NCBI RefSeq assembly: GCF_902652985.1
Contig: NC_047019.1
Span: 45,074,001 to 45,138,000, forward strand
Direction of reading: 5' to 3'
Length of the DNA: 64,000 nt
Source: Pecten maximus
Taxonomy: Eukaryota
In this document: positions 23,401-36,100 of the stretch, piece by piece
Position numbering within the stretch: the stretch's first letter is position 1
Layout: the number at the start of each line of letters is the position of its first letter
Notes under the pieces: generated by a model
What the model saw: the letters and a program-made list of their open reading frames with translations, nothing else
What the model was told of the DNA's origin: nothing
The model's database searches: none
Program-made: the position numbers and the translations under genes

Positions 23401-26400
23401 GGACACAAGGAGTGTAACTTAACTGAACTGGTTCTGTAGGACACAAGGATTGTAACTTAACTGAACTGGTTCTGTAGGACACAAGAATTGTAACTTAACT
23501 GAACTGGTTCTGTAGGACACAAGGATTGTAACTTAACTGAACTGGTTCTGTAGGACACAAGGATTGTAACTTAACTGAACTGGTTCTGTAGGACACAAGA
23601 ATTGTAACTTAACTGAACTGGTTCTGTAGGACACAAGGATTGTAACTTAACTGAACTGGTTCTGTAGGACACAAGAATTGTAACTTAACTGAACTGGTTC
23701 TGTAGGACACAAGGAGTGTAACTTAACTGAACTGGTTCTGTAGGACACAAGGATTGTAACTTAACTGAACTGGTTCTGTAGGACACAAGAATTGTAACTT
23801 AACTGAACTGGTTCTGTAGGACACAAGGAGTGTAACTTAACTGAACTGGTTCTGTAGGACACAAGGATTGTAACTTAACTGAACTGGTTCTGTAGGACAC
23901 AAGAATTGTAACTTAACTGAACTGGTTCTGTAGGACACAAGAATTGTAACTTAACTGAACTGGTTCTGTAGGACACAAGGATTGTAACTTAACTGAACTG
24001 GTTCTGTAGGACACAAGGATTGTAACTTAACTGAACTGGTTCTGTAGGACACAAGGATTGTAACTTAACTGAACTGGTTCTGTAGGACACAAGGATTGTA
24101 ACTTAACTGAACTGGTTCTGTAGGACACAAGGATTGTAACTTAACTTAACTGGTTCTGTAGGACACAAGGATTGTAACTTAACTGAACTGGTTCTGTAGG
24201 ACACAAGGATTGTAACTTAACTGAACTGGTTCTGTAGGACACAAGGATTGTAACTTAACTGAACTGGTTCTGTAGGACACAAGGATTGTAACTTAACTGA
24301 ACTGGTTCTGTAGGACACAAGGATTGTAACTTAACTGAACTGGTTCTGTAGGACACAAGGATTGTAACTGAACTGAACTGGTTCTGTAGGACACAAGGAT
24401 TGTAACTGAACTGAACTGGTTCTGTAGGACACAAGGATTGTAACTTAACTGAACTGGTTCTGTAGGACACAAGGATTGTAACTAAACTGAACTGGTTCTG
24501 TAGGACACAAGAATTGTAACTTAACTGAACTGGTTCTGTAGGACACAAGGATTGTAACTTAACTGAACTGGTTCTGTAGGACACAAGGATTGTAACTTAA
24601 CTGAACTGGTTCTGTAGGACACAAGAATTGTAACTTAACTGAACTGGTTCTGTAGGACACAAGGATTGTAACTTAACTGAACTGGTTCTGTAGGACACAA
24701 GGATTGTAACTTAACTGAACTGGTTCTGTAGGACACAAGGATTGTAACTTAACTGAACTGGTTCTGTAAGACACAAGGATTGTAACTTAACTGAACTGGT
24801 TCTGTAGGACACAAGGATTGTAACTTAACTGAACTGGTTCTGTAGGACACAAGGATTGTATCTTAACTGAACTGGTTCTGTAGGACACAAGGAGTGTAAC
24901 TTAACTGAACTGGTTCTGTAGGACACAAGGATTGTAACTTAACTGAACTGGTTCTGTAGGACACAAGAATTGTAACTTAACTGAACTGGTTCTGTAGGAC
25001 ACAAGGATTGTAACTTAACTGAACTGGTTCTGTAGGACACAAGGATTGTAACTTAACTGAACTGGTTCTGTAGGACACAAGAATTGTAACTTAACTGAAC
25101 TGGTTCTGTAGGACACAAGGATTGTAACTTAACTGAACTGGTTCTGTAGGACACAAGAATTGTAACTTAACTGAACTGGTTCTGTAGGACACAAGGAGTG
25201 TAACTTAACTGAACTGGTTCTGTAGGACACAAGGATTGTAACTTAACTGAACTGGTTCTGTAGGACACAAGAATTGTAACTTAACTGAACTGGTTCTGTA
25301 GGACACAAGGATTGTAACTTAACTGAACTGGTTCTGTAGGACACAAGGATTGTAACTTAACTGAACTGGTTCTGTAGGACACAAGAATTGTAACTTAACT
25401 GAACTGGTTCTGTAGGACACAAGAATTGTAACTTAACTGAACTGGTTCTGTAGGACACAAGGATTGTAACTTAACTGAACTGGTTCTGTAGGACACAAGG
25501 ATTGTAACTTAACTGAACTGGTTCTGTAGGACACAAGGATTGTAACTTAACTGAACTGGTTCTGTAGGACACAAGAATTGTAACTTAACTGAACTGGTTC
25601 TGTAGGACACAAGGATTGTAACTTAACTGAACTGGTTCTGTAGGACACAAGGATTGTAACTTAACTGAACTGGTTCTGTAGGACACAAGGATTGTAACTT
25701 AACTGAACTGGTTCTGTAGGACACAAGGATTGTAACTTAACTGAACTGGTTCTGTAGGACACAAGGATTGTAACTTAACTGAACTGGTTCTGTAGGACAC
25801 AAGAGTTGTAACTTAACTGAACTGGTTCTGTAGGACACAAGGATTGTAACTGAACTGAACTGGTTCTGTAGGACACAAGGAGTGTAACTTAACTGAACTG
25901 GTTCTGTAGGACACAAGAATTGTAACTTAACTGAACTGGTTCTGTAGGACACAAGGAGTGTAACTTAACTGAACTGGTTCTGTAGGACACTTCCTCAAAT
26001 CATTTTTGTATTGTAAGATATCTGCTGTTGTAATTACCTAATATATGTACTAGTTAACTTGTCAGATTAAGTCAAGGTTCTTATTTGAAAATCAATGCAT
26101 TTACAATGTAGATCTACAAAGGAAGAGGTCCAGTGCGTTCCGTGAGGAAGGTCCGGCAGAACTGGCTGATGAGATTGAGCATGCCAAAGCTTTGATCCTT
26201 GAGAAACTGGATGATCTCACCAATCTGAGAACAAAACTGCGGGAACAGTATGTCCCCCTCACCGTGTGTACACATCTGGAACAGTGTATTAAGGAAACTG
26301 AGGTAAAACTTTTCTGTTGGTAGCTGTACAGTTCTGATAGACATCAAATTTATAATAAATTTCCTTTTTTACTTGGGAAGGGTACATTGTTGCTAATATT

Positions 26401-29400
26401 TCTCCTGACCCATACCATCTGTACTGTCTTTCCAGTCCTGTCCCATCCTGGTCTATCCTGTACTGTGCTGTCCCATCCTGGTCTGTCCTGGTCTGTCCTG
26501 TCCCATCCCGGTCTATCCTGTACTGTGCTGTCCTGTCCCATCCCGGTCTATCCTGTACTGTGCTGTCCCATCCTGGTCTGTCCTGGTCTGTCCTGTCCCA
26601 TCCCGGTCTATCCTGTACTGTGCTGTGCTGTCCCATCCTGGTCTGTCCTGGTCTGTCCTGGTCTGTCCTGTCCCATCCCGGTCTATCCTGTACTGTGATG
26701 TCCTGTCCCATCCCGGTCTGTCCTGTGATGTCCTGTCACATCCCGGTCTATCCTGTACTGTGCTGTCCTGTCCCATCCCGGTCTATCCTGTACTGTGCTG
26801 TGCTGTCCCATCCTGGTCTGTCCTGTCCCATCCCGGTCTATCCTGTACTGTGCTGTCCTGTCCCATCCCGGTCTGTCCTGTGATGTCCTGTCACATCCCG
26901 GTCTATCCTGTACTGTGCTGTCCTGTCCCATCCCGGTCTATCCTGTACTGTGCTGTCCCATCCTGGTCTGTCCTGGTCTGTCCTGTCCCATCCCGGTCTA
27001 TCCTGTACTGTGATGTCCTGTCCCATCCCGGTCTGTCCTGTGATGTCCTGTCACATCCCAGTCTGTACTGTGCTGTCCTGTCCCATCCCGGTCTATGCTG
27101 TACTGTGCTGTCCCATCCTGGTCTGTCCTGTGATGTCCTGTCCCATCCTGGTCTGTCCTGTACTGTGATGTCCTGTCACATCCCGGTCTGTCCTGTGATG
27201 TCCTGTCCCATCCCGGTCTGTCCTACCTGGCTGTAGTATGTTCTGTCCTATTCCAATTTGAACTGTCATGTACAGCTGTCCTGTCCCATCCTTGTCTGGT
27301 CTGTGCTGACTTGTCTTGTCCTGTCTCATCCCAGTCTGTCATGTTCTGTCCTGTCCCACCCGTACCATCCTTTCCTATCCTGTCCCATTCCATATGTACA
27401 AACCTGTCACATCCCAGTTTGTCATTTCTTGTCTTGTCCCGTCCCATTCTGAACTGTCCTGTCCTGTCCCATTCCAGTATATCCTGTCCTGTCCTTCCCT
27501 GTCTGTGCCATCCCTGTCTGTACTTTCCTGTACAGCTGTCCTGTCCCATCCCGGTCTATACTGTACTGAACTGTCCTGTCCTGTTGCATCCCATCCTGTC
27601 CCATCTTGTTGCAATTTAGTGACACCTCTCTAGCCACTTACAGGTTTTCCTAGTTTTTATACACCTGTCAGGAAATGAGGGAGCACATCGGTGTCAAGTG
27701 ACATCAGGGACATAATATATATATGTCTTACAGAATTGGATTTTTAACAATAAAACTTATTTTCACGGGAGATATTCATATTGTAGACATTGTTGTTACA
27801 AATATAATAACTTAAACTATTTTCATATGGAATTAGTAAAATTTATCCAAGTTTTACTACTTCTATGTGCTATGTAGAAATTCTTTACAGCTGTTGATGT
27901 CAAATCAGAACTTAATCGCCACAGAATGCATCACTTGAGTAGTACATTTATAAGATTTTAAAACACTGATGGTTAGTACCTGCTGTTTAAACAAAAAAAA
28001 AGCCAGACAGACTTTGTCAACAGATCAGGCCCACATATGGAGACTAGATAAACACTAATGTAAAACACATTCCATGCAATGTTATGTTTTAATCCTTGTG
28101 AAATTGTTTAAATCATAGGTTGAAGTACAGAAACTACTGAAGCAGAATGAGTATTTTGAGAGAAGTATTGAAGAAATGGAAGTGGACTTGAAAGAGGCTA
28201 TACAACAAGCAGACACCAGCGAGAGGGATGCTAAGTAAGTTTACAGGGATATCAGTCATTGTCTCAGACACCAGTGAGAGGGATAGTAAGTGTACAGGGA
28301 CATCAGTCATTGTCACAGACACCAGTGAGAGGGATAGTAAGTGTACAGAGACATCAGTCCTCATTGTCTCAGACACCAGTGAGAGGGATAGTAAGTGTAC
28401 AGGGACATCAGTCCTCATTGTCTCAGACACCAGTGAGAGGGATAGTAAGTGTACAGGGACATCAGTCATTGTCTCAGACACCAGTGAGAGGGATAGTAAG
28501 TGTACAGGGACATCACTCCTCATTGTCTCAGACACCAGTGAGAGGGATAGTAAGTGTACAGGTGAAGTGTACAGGGACATCAGTCATTGTCTCAGACACC
28601 AGTGAGAGGGATAGTAAGTGTACAGGTACATCAGTTCCTCATTGTCTCAGACACCAGTGGAGAGGGATAGTAAGTGTACAGGGTCATCAGTCATTGTCTC
28701 AGACACCAGTGAGAGGGATAGTAAGTGTACAGGGACATCAGTCCTCATTGTCTCAGACACCAGTGAGAGGAATAGTAAGTGTACAGGGACATTAGTCCTC
28801 ATTGTCTCAGACACCAGTGAGAGGGATAGTAAGTGTACAGGGTCATCAGTCATTGTCTTAGACACCAGTGAGAGGGATAGTAAGTGTACAGGGACATCAG
28901 TCCTCATTGTCTCAGACACCAGTGAGAGGGATAGTAAGTGTACAGGGTCATCAGTCATTGTCTCAGACACCAGTGAGAGGGATAGTAAGTGTACAGGGAC
29001 ATCAGTCTCGTCTCAGACACCAGTGAGAGGGATAGTAAGTGTACAGGGTCATCAGTCATTGTCTCAGACACCAGTGAGAGGGATAGTAAGTGTACAGGGA
29101 CATTAGTCCTCATTGTCTCAGACACCAGTGAGAGGGATAGTAAGTGTACAGGGTCATCAGTCATTGTCTTAGACACCAGTGAGAGGGATAGTAAGTGTAC
29201 AGGGACATCAGTCATTGTCTTAGACACCAGTGAGAGGGATAGTAAGTGTACAGGGACATCAGTCCTCATTGTCTCAGACACCAGTGAGAGGGATAGTAAG
29301 TGTACAGGGACATCAGTCCTCATTGTCTCAGACACCAGTGAGAGGGATAGTAAGTGTACAGGGTCATCAGTCATTGTCTCAGACACCAGTGAGAGGGATA

Positions 29401-31175
29401 GTAAGTGTACAGGGACATCAGTCATTGTCTCAGACTCCAGTGAGAGGGATAGTAAGTGTACAGGGACATCAGTCATTGTCTCAGACACCAGTGAGAGGGA
29501 TAGTAAGTGTACAGGGACATCAGTCATTGTCACAGACACCAGCTGTGAGAGGGATAGTAAGTGTACAGGGACATCAGTCCTCATTGTCTCAAACACTAGT
29601 GAGAAGGATTCTAAGTGAGAATGTAGGGACATCCGTCCTCATCGTTGTCCTTAATCACATATTTTTTATCGCCAGTTTTTGCATGTAGCATCTGAACATT
29701 GGGAAGACTTGTTACATGTACAAGTTGTATATATTTAGTAAGTGTAGGGCCTAACCAAATATCCCAACAAGTTGTATATATTTAGTAAGTGTAGGGCCTA
29801 ACCAAAATCCCAACAAGTTGTATATATTTAGTAAGTGTAGGGCCTAACCAAATATCCCAACAAGTTGTATATATTTAGTAAGTGTAGGGCCTAACCAAAT
29901 ATCCAAACTTAAGTTAATATTTGTAGAGTTTTCAGTATGAAGCCAGATAGAAATGGCATTATGTAGAGAATCCTCGACTAAGTTCTATGGAGTCTGGGGT
30001 TGTCTTCTCCTTGATATACTAAGTACATCTAATTATAATGTACATTATGTCTGTCTTAATTTGCACCTTCACTCATGGTATTTTGTCTCCCCTTCTTCTG
30101 ATTCTAGTTCTGTTTTTTAACCTTGTTCCAAAACTTCTGATCATTTTTTGTTTTGGCCACAACTCCTTAACTTTGAATATTCATTGATGAATCTTGCAAC
30201 ACCTTGAGCCTATATGTAAAGTGCACTGCCATTAAGTCACTGTGACCTTGACCTTGAGGTCAAAGGACAAATAAGTGCAATTTTTTTCCAATTGTTTTCG
30301 TCTGGGTGATAACTTTTAAACTGTTGAAGATATCTTCATGAAAATTGCTGCATACCTTTATCACCCAAAGGGAAGCACCATGCTCTGTCATTAGATCATT
30401 GTGACTTTCACTTGAAGGTCAAAGGTCAAATGAATGTGAATTTTGTTGAGGCCATAAATGGGAAAGTTTGTGATATACTTGCAATACCTAAAACCAATAT
30501 GCAGTGCTGTACTTTTAGGTCACTGTGACTTTGGCCTCAAGGTCAAACGTCAAATAAGTACTCATTTTCCCAATAATTATATGGTGGGAGGTAACTTTTA
30601 AACCATAAGCAATATCTTAATGGAAGTTGCTTTTATACCTTTATCATCCACTGATGAAGTGCAGTGATTGGTCGTTGCATTATTGAAACCTTAACATCAA
30701 GGTCAAAGGTTGAATAAGTGAGAACTAATACAGGTGATGTGCAGTGTTATATTCATCTTGGGTCATTGCAGTCTTCATTTTCAGGTCAAAGGTCAATTGG
30801 GTCCAAAAATGTTCAGTACCTAATAAGGGAGAAGGGGATACAGTATGATTTGTTCACAAAGACAAATCTCAAGTTTCCATATCATTCATACCTAACAGAC
30901 TTGTAATAAGTATCTGGTGTAGAGTATAGAATTACATACACACTTCAGCGATTAGACTCAATATACGTATCTAATGTAGGGTATAGAAAATGTAAATACA
31001 TATGTCAATAATATATTATAGTTTTCATTTCTTGATTTTTTTTTCCAGGCGAATCTGGAGAAAAGTGAACTCGAGACGGGGGCTACCTCACATTCCTAAT
31101 CTGATGAACGGAGGACCACATGAAAGTGATGACGATGAGGATGATGAAAGTAAATGGAATTGGTACATCTCCTAA
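20417..31175 (+). CDS. C6orf118: C6orf118-like coiled-coil protein with TSNAXIP1-N-like region, about 515 aa, 7 coding exons
   Basis: Exons 20417-21160, 21345-21470, 21598-21785, 22072-22127, 26112-26302, 28119-28234 and 31049-31175. All introns are GT-AG with consistent phases (0,0,2,1,0,2), total 1548 nt. Motifs KKDIKDYAGGHLN, HKLQIYSNTFEDLIEDSPTFVYILRAVKTEYDNYI, and C-terminal KRIWRKVNSRRGLP...DDESKWNWYIS*. AATAAA at about 31286. The gene model is strong; the name is by motif recall. Confidence 0.8.
22381..25990. repeat. Highly homogeneous 38-bp intronic satellite (AAGGATTGTAACTTAACTGAACTGGTTCTGTAGGACAC)n, about 95 copies
   Basis: Near-perfect head-to-tail units with no spacers. Confidence 0.98.
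26430..27605. repeat. Complex pentamer-based repeat ((CCTGT)n-derived; TCCTGTCCCATCCCGGTCTA modules), decaying towards its 3' end
   Basis: Built from 5-bp modules tcctg/tccca/tcccg/gtcta/tactg/tgctg. Confidence 0.92.
28211..29640 (+). repeat. 51/54-bp minisatellite (AGACACCAGTGAGAGGGATAGTAAGTGTACAGGGACATCAGTC[CTC]ATTGTCTC)n, about 27 copies, beginning inside an exon
   Basis: The first unit is the 3' end of exon 28119-28234 plus its splice donor. Confidence 0.95.
29721..29905. repeat. 47-bp tandem repeat, 4 copies
   Basis: caagttgtatatatttagtaagtgtagggcctaaccaaatatcccaa repeated. Confidence 0.9.
30130..30875. mobile_element. Degenerate dispersed element with internal repeats of GACCTTGAAGGTCAAAGGTCAA (Helentron/HINE-like)
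   Basis: At least 5 diverged copies of the aggtcaaaggtcaa module. Ends with a small hairpin gatttgt...acaaatc followed by a T-run. The family label is an inference. Confidence 0.45.
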
Positions 31176-31847
31176 GCATCGTTGACCAATCATGTGGTGA
31201 TATGAGTTTTGTATGGCTACATATGTAACTAATACTGGCTGCATCACCACTGTACACATATGTGTACAAAAACAAGGATTTCCACAATAAAAAAAAGAGA
31301 GATTTTTTTTCTAAAGTGACTTAAAATGAAAATTGACATTGTTATCATTTCACTTCCACATCACCCTTTAATGTATTATGTATTGACTGTTGATTTTGAT
31401 TGATAGTCCATGGGAAATAGATAATTCCAGACTTTGTAAAGGGTCTCAACGTTCTGTTAATAAATGTTTCATTCCTGAAGAAAATGTCTGCCAGTTGATC
31501 ATCCAAGAATATTGTCTCATCGTCAGTTAAATAATATAGAGAGTTAAACATTGTAATGATTGAAGTATAAGTTTGTAATAAATAAGATGTAGCTCCAGTA
31601 AGATAGATGAAGATATTCTTTGTGATTCATGTGACTCTGGAGAGTGTAAATTGTACTAAAGTCACACTGCTAGATTTACAGCGTTGAATTTCTATAATAA
31701 TAAACATGTCTACATACTGTGCTGAAGAGTCCGTGGATTGTGTACATGATTATATTTAATGTCAGAAAGTTCAACATTCCTGTGATTATACTGTAGCCAA
31801 ACAACATATCTACATATCTGTACATGGTGAAATGGTAAATTAGGTAA

Positions 31848-32795
31848 TGGTCACAGGTGTATTGTGTCAGTACAGAAAGGTCACAGGTGTATTTTGTCAG
31901 TACAGAAAGGTCACAGGTGTATTGTGTCACGGAAAGAAAGGTCATAGGTATATTGTGTTAGTACAGAAAGGTCACATATGTATTGTGTTAGTACAGAAAG
32001 GTCACAGGTGTATTGTGTCACGGAAAGAAAGGTCACAGGTGTATTGTGTTAGTACAGAAAGGTCACAGATGTATTGGGTTAGTACAGAAAGGTCACAGGT
32101 GTATTGTGTCACGGAAAGAAAGGTCACAGGTATATTGTGTTAGTACAGAAAGATCACAGATGTATTGTGTTAGTACAGAAAGGTCACAGGTGTATTGTGT
32201 TAGTACTGAAAGGTCACAGGTGTATTGTGTTAGTACAGAAAGGTCACAGGTGTATTGTGTTAGTATAGAAAGGTCACAGATGTATTGTGTCAGGGACAGA
32301 AAGGTCATAGGTGTATTGTGTCACGGAAAGAAAGGTCATAGGTATATTATGTCAGTACAGAAAGGTCACAGGTGTATTGTATTAGTACAGAAAGGTCACA
32401 GGTGTATTGTGTTAGTACAGAAAGGTCACAGGTGTATTGTGTTAGTACAGAAAGATCACAGATGTATTGTGTTAGTACAGAAAGGTCACAGGTGTATTGT
32501 GTTAGTACAGAAAGGTCACAGGTGTATTGTGTTAGTACAGAAAGGTAACAGGTGTATTGTGTTAGTACAGAAAGGTAACAGGTGTATTGTGTTAGTACAG
32601 AAAGGTCACAGGTCTGAGGTGTATTGTGTCAGGGACAGAAAGGTCAACAGGTGTATTGTGTTAGTACAGAAAGGTCAACAGGTGTATTGTGTTAGTACAG
32701 AAAGGTCACAGGTGTATTGTGTCAGTACAGAAAGGTAACAGGTGTATTGTGTTAGTACAGAAAGGTCATAGGTGTATTGTGTCAGTGCAGAAAGG
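31848..32795. repeat. 30-bp minisatellite (GGTCACAGGTGTATTGTGTTAGTACAGAAA)n
   Basis: About 31 tandem units. Confidence 0.95.
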
Positions 32796-33184
32796 CCATT
32801 GGAATGAGATACCAAATGCTACCACATATGATACTAGATAGTAGGCTTGTTACTGTAGACTTTTAACTGATTAACAAGTGTTATACCGGATATGATATCC
32901 CTGTTGTATTCTGGATAATTCATTTGTGGATGTCTTTTACTGTATCATACAGATTGTGTGTCAACGTTCTTAAGAAATATTCTAGCATTGTTTATTTTGT
33001 ATTAAGCCCAATCTGTGATACAATGTACAAAGTAAGATTGTTAATTAAAATTGATACAAACTAAAGTTATTTATTCAAAGTCATTGTTTCCTTTTAATTA
33101 TTGCCTTAAGACTACATAACCCAGAAACAGCAGAGTTAATCTACCACCAGAAAAGAACCACCTTCACAGCACAACTTATCTACA

Positions 33185-36100
33185 GTGTACCATCAGACAA
33201 GAGACACACGTCATAATGTATCTACCATCAGACAAGAGACACCTACACGTCATAATGTATCTACCATCAGACAAGTGACACACGTCATAATGTATCTACC
33301 ATCAGACAAGAGACACGTCATAATGTATCTACCATCAGACAAGAGACACGTCATAATGTATCTACCATCAGACAAGAGACACGTCATAATGTATCTACCA
33401 CCAGACAAGAGACACGTCATAATGTATCTACCATCAGACAAGTGACACACGTCATAATGTATCTACCATCAGACAAGAGACACGTTATAATGTATCTACC
33501 ATCAGACAAGAGACACGTCATAATGTATCTACCATCAGACAAGAGACACGTCATAATGTATCTACCATCAGACAAGAGACACGTCATAATGTATCTACCA
33601 CCAGACAAGAGACACGTCATAATGTATCTACCATCAGACAAGTGACACACGTCATAATGTATCTACCATCAGACAAGAGACACGTCATAATGTATCTACC
33701 ACCAGACAAGAGACACGTCATAATGTATCTACCATCAGACAAGAGACACGTCATAATGTATCTACCATCAGACAAGAGACACGTCATAATGTATCTACCA
33801 TCAGACAAGAGACACGTCATAATGTATCTACCATCAGACAAGAGACACGTCATAATGTATCTACCATCAGACAAGACACACGTCATAATGTATCTACCAT
33901 CAGACAAGTGACACGTCATAATGTATCTACCATCAGACAAGAGACACGTCATAATGTATCAACCATCAGACAAGAGACACATGTCATAATGTATCTACCA
34001 TCAGACAAGAGACACGTCATAATGTATCTACCATCAGACAAGAGACACGTCATAATGTATCTACCATCAGACAAGTGACACACGTCATAATGTATCTACC
34101 ATCAGACAAGTGACACACGTCATAATGTATCTACCATCAGACAAGAGACACACGTCATAATGTATCTACCATCAGACAAGAGATACGTCATAATGTATCT
34201 ACCATCAGACGAGAGACACACATCATAATGTATCTACCATCAGACAAGAGACACACGTCATAATGTATCTACCATCAGACAAGTGACACACGTCATAATG
34301 TATCTACCATCAGACAAGAGACACGTCATAATGTATCTACCATCAGACAAGAGACACCTACACGTCATAATGTATCTACCACCAGTAAAGAGACACGTCA
34401 TAACGTATCTACCATCAGACAAGAGACACCTCATAATGTATCTACCATCAGACAAGTAACACACGTCATAATGTTTCTACCATCAGACAAGAGACACGCC
34501 ATAATGTATCTACCATCAGACAAGAGACACGTCATAATGTTTCAACCATCAGACAAGAGACACCTGCACGTCATAATGTATCTACCATCAGACAAGAGAC
34601 ACGTCATAATGTATCTATCATCAGACAAGATACGTCATAATGTATCAACCATCAGACAAGAGACACGTCATAATGTTTCAACCATCAGACAAGAGACACC
34701 TACACGTCATAATGTATCTACCATCAGACAAGAGACACGCCATAATGTATCAACCATCAGACAAGAGACACGTCATAATGTTTCTACCATCAGACAAGTG
34801 ACACACGTCATAATGTATCTACCATCAGACAAGAGACACATGTCATAATGTATCTACCATCAGACAAGAGACACGTCATAATGTATCTACCATCAGACAA
34901 GAGACACACGTCATAATGTATCAACCATCAGACAAGAGACACGTCATAATGTATCAACCATCAGACAAGAGACACCTACACGTCATAATGTTTCAACCAT
35001 CAGACAAGAGACACGTCATAATGTATCTACCATCAGACAAGAGACACACGTCATAATGTATCAACCATCAGACAAGAGACACACGTCATACTGTATCTAC
35101 CATCAGACAAGAGACACGTCATAATGTATCTACCATCAGACAAGAGACACCTACACGTCATAATGTATCTACCATCAGACAAGAGACACCTGCACGTCAT
35201 AATGTATATACCATCAGACAAGAGACACATGTCATAATGTATCTACCATCAGACAAGAGACACGTCATAATGTATCAACCATCAGACAAGAGACACACGT
35301 CATAATGTATCTACCATCAGACAAGAGACACCTACACGTCATAATGTATCTACCACCAGTAAAGTGACACGCCATAATGTATCTACCATCAGACAAGAGA
35401 CACGTCATAATGTTTCAACCATCAGACAAGAGACACCTACACGTCATAATGTATCTACCATCAGACAAGAGACACGTCATAATGTATCAACCATCAGACA
35501 AGAGACACCTACACGTCATAATGTATCTACCACCAGTAAAGAGACACGTCATAACGTATCTACCATCAGACAAGAGACACCTCATAATGTATCTACCATC
35601 AGACAAGTAACACACGTCATAATGTTTCTACCATCAGACAAGAGACACGCCATAATGTATCTACCATCAGACAAGAGACACATGTCATAATGTATCAACC
35701 ATCAGACAAGAGACACGCCATAATGTATCTACCATCAGACAAGACACACGTCATAATGTATCAACCATCAGACAAGAGACACGCCATAATGTATCTACCA
35801 TCAGACAAGAGACACGTCATAATGTTTCAACCATCAGACAAGAGACACCTACACGTCATAATGTATCTACCATCAGACAAGAGACACGCCATAATGTATC
35901 AACCATCAGACAAGAGACACCTACACGTCATAATGTATCTACCATCAGACAAGAGACACGTCATAATGTATCTACCATCAGACAAGAGACACACGTCATA
36001 ATGTATCTACCATCAGACAAGAGACACCTACACGTCATAATGTATCTACCACCAGTAAAGAGACACGCCATAATGTATCTACCATCAGACAAGAGACACG

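Noticed and set aside
22381-25990. CRISPR-like array (38-bp repeat; likewise the 30-35-bp arrays)
   Set aside because: Units are contiguous with no unique spacers, there are no cas genes, and the context is a eukaryotic intron.
28228-29688. SDTSERDSKCTG-repeat ORFs as a coding extension of the C6orf118-like gene
   Set aside because: The exon frame terminates at TAA right after the first donor, and the repeat ORFs are out of frame with the exon.
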